IMG/VR virus record: IMGVR_UViG_3300037424_000434
Coordinates: 64,001 to 128,000 of that record
DNA length: 64,000 nucleotides
Source: a virus
Lineage: Duplodnaviria; Caudoviricetes
Strand: one strand, 5' to 3'
The notes beneath the pieces are model-generated. The model was not told the origin of the DNA. It searched no databases and worked only from the letters and a program-made list of their open reading frames with translations. Position 1 is the first letter of the stretch; each line of letters starts with the position of its first letter. The position numbers were made by a program, and so were the translations under genes. Shown in pieces: positions 29,667 to 40,357 of the stretch.

Positions 29667-30274
29667 TATAGAGCGTCCACTTTTTTGTAATCTTTATCCA
29701 ATCCCACCAGAGATATGATGCCTTTCATGTGATGTATTAATTTGTTTTTGATTTCTGGTAAGGCGTTTTTTGCAACATCAATTAAGTTTTCTATTGCTTT
29801 GGATGCTTTATCCACACTAGCTCCGGCAGCTTCTTTGACATTTGCCCACAAGTGCCATCCGGTGATAGCGTCAATGGTATGGATCGGGCCTGTAATTACA
29901 TGTAGAGTAGCCATATCCAAGTTTAACAAAAAAGCCAACACATCTTCTTTTTTTATTTCAGTATTAGCCAGTTCTTTGACTTTGGCTATCGCCTCTTTAT
30001 CCCCTGTGGCGGATTTTAGAGCATACCAAACAAACTTTGCTAATACAGTGCCACCCTTCATTGCTTGTTGGACAAGACCGTCTCCTTTATGTAGATGTAG
30101 ACCTGCTTTAGATAATAACTTCCCAGCGGTATCTGCTAGGTCTTTCAGTCCAAAAGCCTCATCCAATCGATTAATATCCGCTTCCATAAACATAGAAAGC
30201 TCCAACAAAGCGGTCATATCTCTAAGTTCTTCGATGGTATACTGGTATTGTGTTAATTTATGTATAATGTCCAT
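29666..30274 (-). CDS. Hypothetical late protein
   Basis: GAGG RBS; MDIIHKL...LDEA; coupled to the next gene. Confidence 0.7.
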   Translation of the reverse strand: MDIIHKLTQYQYTIEELRDMTALLELSMFMEADINRLDEAFGLKDLADTAGKLLSKAGLHLHKGDGLVQQAMKGGTVLAKFVWYALKSATGDKEAIAKVKELANTEIKKEDVLAFLLNLDMATLHVITGPIHTIDAITGWHLWANVKEAAGASVDKASKAIENLIDVAKNALPEIKNKLIHHMKGIISLVGLDKDYKKVDAL

Positions 30275-30297
30275 TACAATCCTCTAATTAATTATTT

Positions 30298-30783
30298 TTA
30301 TGGGTATATTTCAATGACTTTCTCGCCAGCAACATAATCTTGAGACGCAACGGCGGAATTTGTGTCGGGAATTCGGCCAACAACTCTATATGCTTCACCT
30401 GAAACCACGTCCGGGGTGTTTGTTACAAATACAGTATATAGGTTGGTGGATACGTCATAGGTAACATCCGATACTTCACAAAAAACCCCACCAATATCCA
30501 GAACAAAAATACCATGACCTGTATCCATTCTTGCTTGTCCATCAAAATTTACGGTTTTGGATGCAAACGAAGCTACCGCAGATGCTGTTTCTGATGCATA
30601 CACGTATAATCCGGCATTCTTAAACTCGGTGAATTCAAGCGGAACCGCGCCGACAACCCCCACGAACTGTACAGGAGCTATCACAGACAAGGCCGCTCCG
30701 TTTGCAATGGTTGCTCCGGTAGGGCAAATAAAAGGTTCTGTGTACCCTGTATATGAATATCCGTTCTTTGGTACTATTGCCAT
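30298..30783 (-). CDS. Putative virion structural protein
   Basis: GGAGG RBS, TATAAATA at 30824; beta-rich composition. Confidence 0.7.
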   Translation of the reverse strand: MAIVPKNGYSYTGYTEPFICPTGATIANGAALSVIAPVQFVGVVGAVPLEFTEFKNAGLYVYASETASAVASFASKTVNFDGQARMDTGHGIFVLDIGGVFCEVSDVTYDVSTNLYTVFVTNTPDVVSGEAYRVVGRIPDTNSAVASQDYVAGEKVIEIYP

Positions 30784-30891
30784 TATGTTAATCCTCCATC
30801 ATATATTGCATGATCTTCATATGTATTTATAAAAACATAAATACCAGTAACCATGACTGGTTTGAAGAAAATTAAGTAACGAGGTGGTAAT

Positions 30892-31227
30892 ATGGACATT
30901 ATAGAAAAGATAGATTTATTGGTAGGAGAAGATATCAATGAGAGTCAGGCACTGCAAGCGATGTCAAACATTTTAGCTGACATTAACTCTTCATCAACAG
31001 ATGCTCAATTGACTGCCGCAGCAATGAAAGCAGAAGACCTTATAAATAAATTTGGAAAGAAGAGTTTGAGTTTATCTATTGCTCGTTTTTTTGGTGGGAA
31101 AAAGAACAACCCAAACGCAGAAGAAATGTTTTCTAGGTTCGAAAAAGCCGTAGCACGAAGACGTGGAGACTTGGACGCAAGAGAAATGAGAAAAAATTAT
31201 GAAAAGTTCAAGTATGATAATCTATAA
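30892..31227 (+). CDS. Putative capsid-internal protein
   Basis: GAGG RBS, CATAAATA upstream; MDIIEKIDLLVGEDINES. Confidence 0.7.
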   Translation: MDIIEKIDLLVGEDINESQALQAMSNILADINSSSTDAQLTAAAMKAEDLINKFGKKSLSLSIARFFGGKKNNPNAEEMFSRFEKAVARRRGDLDAREMRKNYEKFKYDNL

Positions 31228-31484
31228 TGGATATATTAGACCGCATTAATATGGTATTGGAGGCAGAAAATAAGCCTGACTCCCGTACCGATAAATTGAA
31301 ATTAAAGATTCAAGGTCTTCAGAAGGATCTGGTTGATCAGAACGAGCGAATGGGGTACATGAACTCAAAAAAAGAAAATGCTGATGAAAAAGAGATAAAC
31401 CATCTTGACCAAGAGATTGCAAGGATGGCACAGAAAGCGGATAGAATCAAAGAAGAGATTGCAAGACTTAAAGGAAAGCTATGA
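31227..31484 (+). CDS. Putative capsid-internal coiled-coil protein
   Basis: MDILDRINMVLEAE; overlapping TAATG junction. Confidence 0.7.
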   Translation: MDILDRINMVLEAENKPDSRTDKLKLKIQGLQKDLVDQNERMGYMNSKKENADEKEINHLDQEIARMAQKADRIKEEIARLKGKL

Positions 31485-31717
31485 ATCTTGATGATGTTTG
31501 TGTTCAATTGGACAAAGAAAGTGATGGGGTCATGGATATATCCGAGTGTACAAAAAAGATTCTTTTGTTATTAGCTGAACAGGATTTAATAGAAGAAGGT
31601 ACATGTGAATTGATCGATGGATAGACGTTCGATAAAAAGACATATCAGGAAATCCGATATACTATACACCCCGGTATATTATGAAAAATATGTAGGGAAA
31701 CCATTAGGAGAATGTAT

Positions 31718-32533
31718 ATGAAGTGTGAAATATGTAATCGAGATGTTAAATCTTTTGGTTCTCTTGCGCAACATGTAAACAAGACACACAACATATTATC
31801 GGAAGAATATTACAAAAAATATCTTTTGGTTGATTGTTTGTGTGTTGTTTGTTCCAATCCAACACCTTTTATAAATCTATCAAAAGGATACCAGAAAACG
31901 TGTTCCAGAAGTTGTTCGATTAAATATACTAGAAAAAAATTAAAAGAAAATCCTGAACTGCACAAAAAGTTTACCGAAAAAGTTTCATGTAATATGAAGG
32001 AATTGTGGAAAGGGGATGAGATTGGAAGAATTAACCGAATGACAAAAACAAAACAGGTAACCATATCAAATATGTCAGTGGAAGAAAGAAGTGAAAAGTT
32101 TGGTTGGTTGAACAGTGTTCCAGATAATAAAAGGGAATATTATATAGACAGAATTCAAGTGGGGTTAAAACAATGGCATAAAGATGCGTCTGATTCTGAT
32201 TTAAAAGAATTATATGAAAAGGTACGAAGAACAAAATTGGGTGATAGATATTGTGATGAAGTTATGAGTAGATTTTATATGTATAGACAAGAGGTAAGAT
32301 ATTTGACCGAAAAAACATACAAAGAATATAAAGCCATAATAAACCCAAACAACCACGCACGAAGTAAGAATGGTTGGCAATTAGACCATAAATATAGTAT
32401 TGTTAAAGGTTTTGATAACAAAATAGAACCAGAGATTATGGCATCAGTTACAAATCTACAAATATTATCAGCACTTGATAATAACAAAAAGAGTGTTAGA
32501 TGTGATATATCTATAAAAGAGTTATTGTTATGA
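31718..32533 (+). CDS. Free-standing HNH-type homing endonuclease with an N-terminal C2H2 finger
   Basis: CEICNR...LAQHVNKTH; C-terminal LDHKYSI...NLQIL...NNKKS. Confidence 0.75.
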   Translation: MKCEICNRDVKSFGSLAQHVNKTHNILSEEYYKKYLLVDCLCVVCSNPTPFINLSKGYQKTCSRSCSIKYTRKKLKENPELHKKFTEKVSCNMKELWKGDEIGRINRMTKTKQVTISNMSVEERSEKFGWLNSVPDNKREYYIDRIQVGLKQWHKDASDSDLKELYEKVRRTKLGDRYCDEVMSRFYMYRQEVRYLTEKTYKEYKAIINPNNHARSKNGWQLDHKYSIVKGFDNKIEPEIMASVTNLQILSALDNNKKSVRCDISIKELLL

Positions 32534-32997
32534 TAGGTAATATAAAAAAACAGCCATCACATTGTGGATATTATACCCCAGTTTATTATGAAAAATATAC
32601 AGGAAAATTACCGATTAGGATAATGTCATCTTGGGAGGCGGCGTTTTGCCGTTGGGCTGACTATTCTCAGGCAATTGTGAGATGGGCCAGCGAAGATATT
32701 ATTATTAAATTCCAAGATCCCATTGAGCCAGTAAAATACGGAAAACCTCACTGGAGGAGCTATTACCCAGATTTTACAATAGAAACAGAGAAAGGTGAAA
32801 TATTTTTAATAGAAGTAAAACCATTAAAGCAAACAAAACCGCCAGTACGTAGTTCAAAAAAAAGTCAGAAGACATTGTTGTTAGAAATAAAAACATGGAG
32901 AACGAATCAGGCAAAATTTGCTGCCGCCGAAAACTATTGCAAACGCCGGGGCTGGAAATTTAAAATAATAACCGAGAAGGAGTTATTCGGAAAGTAA
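32530..32997 (+). CDS. gp4: Head completion nuclease (T4 gp4-like)
   Basis: SSWE..FC.W.D, WASE, YYPDF, IEVKP..QT..P, NQAKF.AA...C...GWKFKIITEKEL. Confidence 0.9.
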   Translation: MIGNIKKQPSHCGYYTPVYYEKYTGKLPIRIMSSWEAAFCRWADYSQAIVRWASEDIIIKFQDPIEPVKYGKPHWRSYYPDFTIETEKGEIFLIEVKPLKQTKPPVRSSKKSQKTLLLEIKTWRTNQAKFAAAENYCKRRGWKFKIITEKELFGK

Positions 32998-33857
32998 TGG
33001 CGCTAATTTCGGATAGAGATAAGGGGAAATCGACAGCACAGTTTATATGTGATGAATGCTCATCTGTCTTTAAAGGGAACTATTATGTGTTAACAAAAAA
33101 GTATACATTTGTGCAGGAGTTGTTCGTGTAAAAATGGATGGAATCTCAAACATCACAAAAATGGAAAATATTTAACAGAAGAACAGAAATCGTTTATTGT
33201 ATGTTTATATGGAGACAACCAACTAGATGAACATTTTCCTAAAACAAAAACAAATAAACTGAGAATCAAGTGTGGCAAATGTAGTTTGGAGTATGACACC
33301 AATAACTATGATTTTCTTGAAAAATTTCCAAACAATATATGTTCATCGTGTATACAGAAGAGGGTGTGGGTGGAGAATTATGATCAATTTTGTATCACAA
33401 GAAATACCCCGGAATATAAAATCAATATATGTGATTCAGTAAAGACCTCATTAAAACATATTGCATCAAGAAAAACTCTGCCGCAAAAGCCGTTGAGTAT
33501 TGGAATAACGTTAGAGGGTTCACTCGTGAAGAATTGTGGAGTGAATATATGTTGTATAAAAAAATTACTTATAATATGACAGAAAGAGTATACAGACAAT
33601 ATATAAATAAGATAAACCCGAATAACCTAAACAGAACTGACTATCATCTCGATCACATATATTCAATATTAGAGGGGTTTAAAAATAACATACCACCATA
33701 CATTATATCTGATTTATGTAATTTGCAGATGATACCTCGAATTGATAATATCAGAAAAAACTGTAGATGTGATATGACAAAGGAGGAATTGATGATCAAA
33801 ATTTTTGATAAGGAGGACGCGATGGTAGCGGAACAATATAATGGCCTTAAGTGTTAA
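32997..33857 (+). pseudogene. HNH-type endonuclease gene broken by two compensating frameshifts
   Basis: MALISDRD...CDEC (frame 0), shift in the A-run near 33095, CRSC...CGKC (33109 ORF), shift back in the A-run near 33470, LDHIYSI...NLQMI...NIRKN (33534 ORF). Confidence 0.6.
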
Positions 33858-34375
33858 TTACGACAAAAGATTCAAAGGGATTAACTGGAAGTCGGGGCAT
33901 ATTTATAAGTTCCGCTACTCTTGAGTCTGCTTGGGCGCATGACCCTGAGCCTGTTATTATATTAATGTACTCTTTTAGTGGAACTCACCCAAAGACAATG
34001 CATGAATGGCATTTTTTTCAGGGCATCAATTTCACATACATACCTAGGAAAGATAGGGCACAATTTGCTCAAAGATGGATGCAGGTGTGGCAAAAATCAA
34101 ACGGCAACATACAGTTTACTTGGGGAACAGTTCTACAGGAATATCCATATCTCAAACACGCTGTAAGACGCTATTTTTACAAACCAAATTATTATATATC
34201 AAACCCTATAGAAGTTCCCATGGAGGACATGGATAAAGTTGTGGTAAGCACATGGTCCAAGGACTTCAGTAAGAAACTGAGAACCAGTCTGGTCCAAAAG
34301 TTCAAAAAAGCCAAACAGGGCATAGACCGAATGAGAGATTCTATTTCCCCTAGAGGAAAGAAGATGAAAAAATAA
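33851..34375 (+). CDS. gp2: DNA end-protector (T4 gp2-like)
   Basis: GHIYKFRY...HDPEPVI...GINFTYIP...R...KHAVRRY; next to gp4 as in T4-like phages. Confidence 0.7.
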   Translation: MLITTKDSKGLTGSRGIFISSATLESAWAHDPEPVIILMYSFSGTHPKTMHEWHFFQGINFTYIPRKDRAQFAQRWMQVWQKSNGNIQFTWGTVLQEYPYLKHAVRRYFYKPNYYISNPIEVPMEDMDKVVVSTWSKDFSKKLRTSLVQKFKKAKQGIDRMRDSISPRGKKMKK

Positions 34376-34502
34376 TAATTAACAATACCAAACATAAATG
34401 TATATAGAAATCAATATGTTCTTTTTGTATAAAATATAAATACATGTAACCTGTTTCGGTATAGTCGAAACGGTTACCAAATACAATACTTAGGGGTTTC
34501 GC

Positions 34503-34877
34503 ATGTCGGATAGGAATCAGATAGATTCTGGTCGTGCAGGTTGGGATGCATGGGGAAACCACGTCTTAACCACACTCGAAAAACTGGAAAAAAAAGTAGA
34601 CGTACTTGAGGATAAAGTAGGGCTCCATAGAGAACAGACACTTGTAGACATAGCTACATTGAAAGCAAAAGCCGGGGTATGGGGGTCTGTTGCGGGGGTC
34701 ATTGCCTCCTTGATAACGTCTTTGATAGTGGGTTTATTGGTATATCAACTAACACATAATACTATGGATAAAACAACACCTCAACCACGCATCCCTGTTA
34801 CAGGAGAAAGCGTGATACTCCCAAAAGATGATCTATTGGGGGAGTTTCGTCTAAATGTTCATGAGGGGGATGTATGA
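34503..34877 (+). CDS. Single-pass membrane coiled-coil protein (holin/XhlA-like candidate)
   Basis: Coiled coil then the hydrophobic AGVWGSVAGVIASLITSLIVGLLVY; TATAAATA at 34435. Confidence 0.65.
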   Translation: MSDRNQIDSGRAGWDAWGNHVLTTLEKLEKKVDVLEDKVGLHREQTLVDIATLKAKAGVWGSVAGVIASLITSLIVGLLVYQLTHNTMDKTTPQPRIPVTGESVILPKDDLLGEFRLNVHEGDV

Positions 34878-35983
34878 AATGGATTGATAATCTGTCAGAG
34901 AAATTGGCTTCTCATATCGTAAAACATGGGAGTGATCATGTCAAAGACATTAAGATGGAAGGTATTTCTCAAGAAATTGACATATTACGAGAGTTGAAAG
35001 ATGAACTTATCCGAAAAGAATCCGAGCTCGAGTTGTCAAGAATTGAGTGGGATAAAACGTTCGATTCTATAGTAGATCATATAGTCATAATAGACTCTGA
35101 CCTGACCATATCAAAGGCAAACAAATCGTTTATCCAGTACGTCAAAGAACGCGGGGGACCATGGGAGACTTTACTGGGAACTTCTTGGTCAGAGTTCAAG
35201 AAGCACATGGAACTTCCTGATGATATATGCGTTGTGTCTGATTGTTTCGATACCGGCCATCCCATAACAAACAAAATAGAAACCAATGGAACCGTATTCT
35301 TAGTTACGGCTAATCCCATTTTTGGTGACAGTGTTGATGGTCTCGTAGGGGTGGTAAGAATATCTCGAAACATCACAAATTCTGAACAACAATCAAAAAA
35401 ATTAGAACGACGTTCAAGAATATATCATGCTATCTCAGAGATGAGCAAAACACTTGTTAATCATGCGAACTGGAACGATGCGGTTAAACAGATTTTGCGT
35501 GACCTTGGATTGGCTATAGGCGCTAGTCGCGTTTATATATATAGAAATATTGATAGAGAGACAAGAGTATGTTCTGTTTTACAGCACTGTTTCCATAATG
35601 ATAAATATCGTGATTGCACAGCAGGGACCATAAACGAGTGTCTGAATTATGATATGATCCCTGAATGGGAAAAATTAATGACAAAAGGCCAGTCCGTGAC
35701 CGGCACTTTGGTTGAATGTCATATATGTCCGCTAAAACACAATTGCACCTGCACAGATGATGTTGTCGTGGAAGCCGTGCCTATATTTGTTGATGGCAGG
35801 TGGTGGGGTTTTATTGGGTTTGATTATATGAATGGAACCCGTAAATGGAAAGATGATGATGAGACTCTTCTTCGAATAGCGGCTGATGTGCTGGGCGGGG
35901 TGATCTACCACCGGGGCAGATATTGGGATACCATAGCAGAACTTGAAGGATGTGAAGAACAGCTAGAAGTAATAAAAGAATAA
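34874..35983 (+). CDS. PAS-GAF sensor protein without an output domain
   Basis: PAS start EWDKTFDSIVDHIVIIDSDLTISKANKSF; GAF ILRDLGLAIGASRVYIY...AVPIFVDGRWWGFIGFD...W...E..LLRIAADVLG; stops after a short helix. Confidence 0.85.
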   Translation: MKWIDNLSEKLASHIVKHGSDHVKDIKMEGISQEIDILRELKDELIRKESELELSRIEWDKTFDSIVDHIVIIDSDLTISKANKSFIQYVKERGGPWETLLGTSWSEFKKHMELPDDICVVSDCFDTGHPITNKIETNGTVFLVTANPIFGDSVDGLVGVVRISRNITNSEQQSKKLERRSRIYHAISEMSKTLVNHANWNDAVKQILRDLGLAIGASRVYIYRNIDRETRVCSVLQHCFHNDKYRDCTAGTINECLNYDMIPEWEKLMTKGQSVTGTLVECHICPLKHNCTCTDDVVVEAVPIFVDGRWWGFIGFDYMNGTRKWKDDDETLLRIAADVLGGVIYHRGRYWDTIAELEGCEEQLEVIKE

Positions 35984-36075
35984 AAAATATTATAAATAAC
36001 TAAACTTTTATCGTTTACATATTACCATATATGTATTAAGATGTAACATAAATTAAACTGTTGGAGGTATATTAT

Positions 36076-36429
36076 ATGAAATTTCAACTCGGAGAAATCC
36101 GTAACATGAAAGACCCGCTTATCAAACTATTGGAGAAAGAGATTCCAATCAAATCTGCATGGAAACTAAACAAACTGGTCAAAGAGTTTGATAAAGAGTT
36201 ACAAGAAATCGAAGAATTTCGTGTTGGTCTTGTTAAAAAACTAGGAGTAGCCGACGAAGAAGGAAACGTACAAGTCCCCGAAGGAGCAATGAAACAGTTT
36301 GTCGATGAGTTTAATGAACTGTTGGTGGCAGAGGTGGAGATAGGTTATGAACCTATTGAGATTGATAGCATCGGCGATATCCAAGTCAGTGCAAAAGAAC
36401 TTTTGATATTGGACAGGCTTTTCAAATAA
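36076..36429 (+). CDS. Conserved phage protein (DUF1617-like)
   Basis: GGAGG RBS; IPIKSAWKLNKLVK...F..E.NELL..EVEI...I; terminator at 36456..36485. Confidence 0.7.
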   Translation: MKFQLGEIRNMKDPLIKLLEKEIPIKSAWKLNKLVKEFDKELQEIEEFRVGLVKKLGVADEEGNVQVPEGAMKQFVDEFNELLVAEVEIGYEPIEIDSIGDIQVSAKELLILDRLFK

Positions 36430-36530
36430 ACACATTTTTAATTATAACGGAATATAAGGGATACCATCTTGGTGTCCCTTTTTTTATAAATACACTATAG
36501 ATAATAAAATATTATTTGGAGACATATCAC

Positions 36531-37208
36531 ATGGCTGACACCGATTACAAATTTTTTGTGCGAAATACCGACAACACAGGTTGGATAAACGTACTACAAG
36601 ATACTTATATGGCGGTAGATGACCCTGATAATTACTTTATAGGTAACCGTTTAGATGAAATTCTGTACGAATTAAAGGATGCTATTACCGATGTTGGGGG
36701 AGGTGGTCCCGGTTATCTAGGAGAAGCTATTCACGTTCTAGACACAAATGATTCAAGCGCGGCCAACGATGAGACAAGTTCGTTTTCAACTCGGGGTGGG
36801 ATGTCTATCGCAAAGTCTTTGTTTGTTGGTGTTGATTTGGTCGTTGACGGCAACTTCTCAATTGTTGGTACTTTTTCTTCCACAGCAGGCAACTTTGCGT
36901 CATCGTTGATTTCCGGGGCTGTCGCTTCGGTGTCAAAGGATACGGGTGCCCTAATAGTAACACAGGGCGGATTAGGGGTGGAGGGTGATGTTTTTGCTGG
37001 AGGTTCTGGAAATTTTGATACATTAAATATCACTAATGGGATAGCGCTAAGTGGAGGCATCACTATTTCTTCTGGTGTGGGTTCTCCTGAGGGGGTTGTT
37101 AGCTCTCCTATTGGATCTTTTTACACAGACAGTAATGGTGGGGCTAACACAACCCTTTACATTAAAGAATCTTCTCCCACAGCTTCGACGGGTTGGGTTG
37201 CTAAATAA
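36531..37208 (+). CDS. Tail-fibre-associated virion protein
   Basis: Late promoter at 36485; GALIVTQGGLGV repeat and GVGSPEGVVSSPIGSFY...LYIKES.....GW module typical of fibres. Confidence 0.7.
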   Translation: MADTDYKFFVRNTDNTGWINVLQDTYMAVDDPDNYFIGNRLDEILYELKDAITDVGGGGPGYLGEAIHVLDTNDSSAANDETSSFSTRGGMSIAKSLFVGVDLVVDGNFSIVGTFSSTAGNFASSLISGAVASVSKDTGALIVTQGGLGVEGDVFAGGSGNFDTLNITNGIALSGGITISSGVGSPEGVVSSPIGSFYTDSNGGANTTLYIKESSPTASTGWVAK

Positions 37209-37242
37209 ATAAAAGTTATAACGTGTCTTCGGAGAAAGAATT

Positions 37243-38673
37243 ATGAAGTATTATGGGATAGATATGCAGGGATCACTTCTTGTAGAAGAAAAGGCCACCT
37301 TATCATGGGTAACAGGTGATGATAGAAGACTTGTCAGGAATTCAGTGACTGATAGATTGTATATCGGATCATCCTCTTCTTTCAAAGAGTTATTACAAGA
37401 TATTAATTATGTTACGGGTGGAGGGTTTCCTGCAAACTTCAAAACAGCATTGGACACAACATACCATCCATTAGAAGATCAAAATGTTAGTACCACAGAT
37501 ACCCCCACCTTTACCGGAATAGCAGGAGTGTCAAGAACTGGCGTTGTTGGTGATATCCATATAGGGGTGTCTGCGGGTGCGAGTTCCACAAATACATTTG
37601 GAAGTAATGTTGTTATTGGGTGGGAAGCAGGTGAATTACAAAGCGGTAGTAATGGCGGAAATGTCTTTCTTGGGTACAGGGCAGGGAGACTGTGCTCTAA
37701 TGGAGACAATACTGTTACAACTGGATGCAATGTGGCTATAGGCAGGCTTGCTGGATACAATCTACATGATAGCACTGGAAACTTTTTTGTTGGATCATAT
37801 GCTGGATATTCAAGTGCGGGATCTAATAATATTGGCATTGGATTTAATAATTTAAGTTATAGTTCTTTTAGTGGATCGAATAATATTTCTATTGGCAAAA
37901 GTTCAGGAAAAATATTATCAACCGGGTATGACAACGTTATAATAGGGGATAATGCAGGCACGTTTATGACCACGGGTTACTCCAATACGTTGGTGGGCCG
38001 TTATACTGGTATTAACATAATATCCGGAAGCAAAAATATATGCATAGGTTATGGTGCTAAACCATCATCGGCAACATCATCCAACCAATGTATTATAGGT
38101 GGAACTGGGGCTGATGTAGTGAATGTGGGGATCGGTGGAAACGATAATCCGGCTTTTGCTCTTGATGCCACGGGCGACGTGAATGTGTCCGGTACTTTTA
38201 GAATACTTGGGGTTGATGTGATTGGTTCTTTAGGGGTGTCAATTGTTCCGACAGCGGCTGTCATGGCATTTGCTACAGTGACAGTCCCTTATGGTTGGTT
38301 GCCATGTGATGGGGGGACATACTCCAACACTACTAGTGGTGGTCTATACAATGCTCTGTGGTTAAAAATTGGAACAACATATGGTGGTACTGGGGCAACA
38401 AATTTTAAAGTTCCTGATCTCAGAGGATACTTTGTGAGGGGATCTGACGCAGGCAGAGGAGTTGATACAGGTAGAACTTTTGGGTCAAACCAGACGGATG
38501 GATTTAGAGCACATACACATACATATCAAGACATCAGTACCGGTCCTGCAGGGGGATATGATGTAACATCAAGTTCTCCTACTCAAGGACTGAAAATACT
38601 TGCAACCAGTAGTGCTGGTGGTACAGAAACAAGACCGTATAACATTGCATTACAGTATTGTATAAAATATTAA
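37243..38673 (+). CDS. Tail fibre protein with a C-terminal tail-collar domain
   Basis: N(V/I)xIGxxAG repeats; PTAAVMAFA...GWLPCDG...FKVPDLRGYFVRG...ETRPYNIALQYCIKY. Confidence 0.88.
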   Translation: MKYYGIDMQGSLLVEEKATLSWVTGDDRRLVRNSVTDRLYIGSSSSFKELLQDINYVTGGGFPANFKTALDTTYHPLEDQNVSTTDTPTFTGIAGVSRTGVVGDIHIGVSAGASSTNTFGSNVVIGWEAGELQSGSNGGNVFLGYRAGRLCSNGDNTVTTGCNVAIGRLAGYNLHDSTGNFFVGSYAGYSSAGSNNIGIGFNNLSYSSFSGSNNISIGKSSGKILSTGYDNVIIGDNAGTFMTTGYSNTLVGRYTGINIISGSKNICIGYGAKPSSATSSNQCIIGGTGADVVNVGIGGNDNPAFALDATGDVNVSGTFRILGVDVIGSLGVSIVPTAAVMAFATVTVPYGWLPCDGGTYSNTTSGGLYNALWLKIGTTYGGTGATNFKVPDLRGYFVRGSDAGRGVDTGRTFGSNQTDGFRAHTHTYQDISTGPAGGYDVTSSSPTQGLKILATSSAGGTETRPYNIALQYCIKY

Positions 38674-38739
38674 CAATTTAAACATAAATATATATGTGAA
38701 CATGTGATCAAAAAATTGTAAAACGTATACGGAGAGAAT

Positions 38740-40317
38740 ATGGCAAAATGGTATGATAATTTGTTTGGAAATCAACCACATAGGATTGACGAGCAAATAG
38801 AAGCTTTTAAAAAAGTAGGAGATAACAAGAATCAATCCAAAGCAAGACAAGGCGAAGGGTTTGAGGATATTGATTTCATTCTCCATGGTCAATACAATTC
38901 TCTTGGGTTTAATAGTTTTTACAACACATATATTAATAAGTCTTTCGAAAATGAACTACAAAGACTTAAAGCATATCGCGAAATGTCTGCTTATCCAGAA
39001 ATCGCTGATGTTATTGAAGACGCGGCTATGGAATCCACCCAAGAAGATATGAATGGCAGGGTGGTAGAACTTCAAATAGTTGATGAGGATCTACTATCAA
39101 ACAAAAACGTTGTCAGTAATGTACAAAAAGAATTCCGTGAATTGTTCTACAGAAAGACAAAGATTAAATGGGAAATATGGAATCTAATGTACAACTATTT
39201 CGTTGATGGTAAAGTATATTTCGAACATTTAGTTGACCAAAATAATCCAAAGGGAGGGTTAATTGGGATAAAAAGGTTACCTTCGGAGACGATGGATTTT
39301 GAATATGATCCTATAACAGGTAACATTGTTGCATATTATCAATATCTGGCACAACGTCCTAGACAGAGACCACCGACAGTAAAAGATGCTAACGAAGATC
39401 CCACCATAATAGTATTTTACCCTGAACAGATAAGTCTGGTTCATTATGGATATCAAGGAGCAACTAAAAGAGAATTTCTAGGTTACCTTGAAAAAGCAAA
39501 ACAACCATACAACAATTTACGATTATTGGAAACATCTGTTGTGATTTATAGGTTGATTCGTGCTCCCGAAAGATTCGTGTTTCGTATTGACACGGGGAAC
39601 ATGCCCAAAGATAAAGCCATGAAGTACGTGGAAAAAATTAAACAAAAGTTTCAAAAAAGGCAAACGTATGACGCGGAAACTGGTCGTTTGACCAATGATC
39701 CTGAGGTATTTTCCATACTTGAGAACTTTTTTTTGCCACAGTCTGCTGATGGTCGTGGGTCTCAGGTCGATAGTGTTGGTGGTAATCCCAGTGGATTTGC
39801 CGAGCTTGACGATCTTTACTATTTCCAACGGAAGTTATACAAATCACTTAAATATCCGGCATCTCGGGTGTCATCCCTACAAGAACGTGCTGAGTCCGAC
39901 ATTATGTTTAACAGCGGACAGATGGGGGAAATAACTCGTGATGAGATTAAATGGGCCAAATTTTTAGAGCGCCAACAAATGCGATTCTGTGATGCCTTTC
40001 TGAAAATGTTTCTGACCCACTTAGAGCTGATAGGAATGAAGAAACAATATGACTTGGATGAGGACAAACTACGTATAATCATGACATCCCCTAACAACTA
40101 TAGGGACCACATGAAACAGAAATTACTCGAACAAAATTTCACCAACTATCAATCATTGTCAAGAGAGGAAGAATTCTCTAAATACTATCTAATGAAGAAA
40201 TATCTTGGATGGAATGATGATGAAATTGAGGCGAATATTGCTGGATTCAAGATGGACAAAAAACTTAAACCAGAGGAACCGGAAGGGGATGGTGAGGGTA
40301 GTAAGTTCAATTTTTAA
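38740..40317 (+). CDS. gp20: Portal protein (T4 gp20-like)
   Basis: YREMSAYPEIADVIED, VIYRLIRAPERFVFRIDTGNMP, LENFFLP...GRGSQVDSVGG, YFQRKLYKSLKYP.SR, ITRDEIKW.KF. Confidence 0.96.
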   Translation: MAKWYDNLFGNQPHRIDEQIEAFKKVGDNKNQSKARQGEGFEDIDFILHGQYNSLGFNSFYNTYINKSFENELQRLKAYREMSAYPEIADVIEDAAMESTQEDMNGRVVELQIVDEDLLSNKNVVSNVQKEFRELFYRKTKIKWEIWNLMYNYFVDGKVYFEHLVDQNNPKGGLIGIKRLPSETMDFEYDPITGNIVAYYQYLAQRPRQRPPTVKDANEDPTIIVFYPEQISLVHYGYQGATKREFLGYLEKAKQPYNNLRLLETSVVIYRLIRAPERFVFRIDTGNMPKDKAMKYVEKIKQKFQKRQTYDAETGRLTNDPEVFSILENFFLPQSADGRGSQVDSVGGNPSGFAELDDLYYFQRKLYKSLKYPASRVSSLQERAESDIMFNSGQMGEITRDEIKWAKFLERQQMRFCDAFLKMFLTHLELIGMKKQYDLDEDKLRIIMTSPNNYRDHMKQKLLEQNFTNYQSLSREEEFSKYYLMKKYLGWNDDEIEANIAGFKMDKKLKPEEPEGDGEGSKFNF

Positions 40318-40357
40318 TAAAAAATGTGAAAACATAAATACTAGGAGGTAAACTGTT

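Noticed and set aside
35983-36075. Missing kinase domain of the PAS-GAF gene lost by frameshift
   Set aside because: The stop is followed by a short AT-rich promoter region and an unrelated gene, with no HisKA/HATPase remnant.
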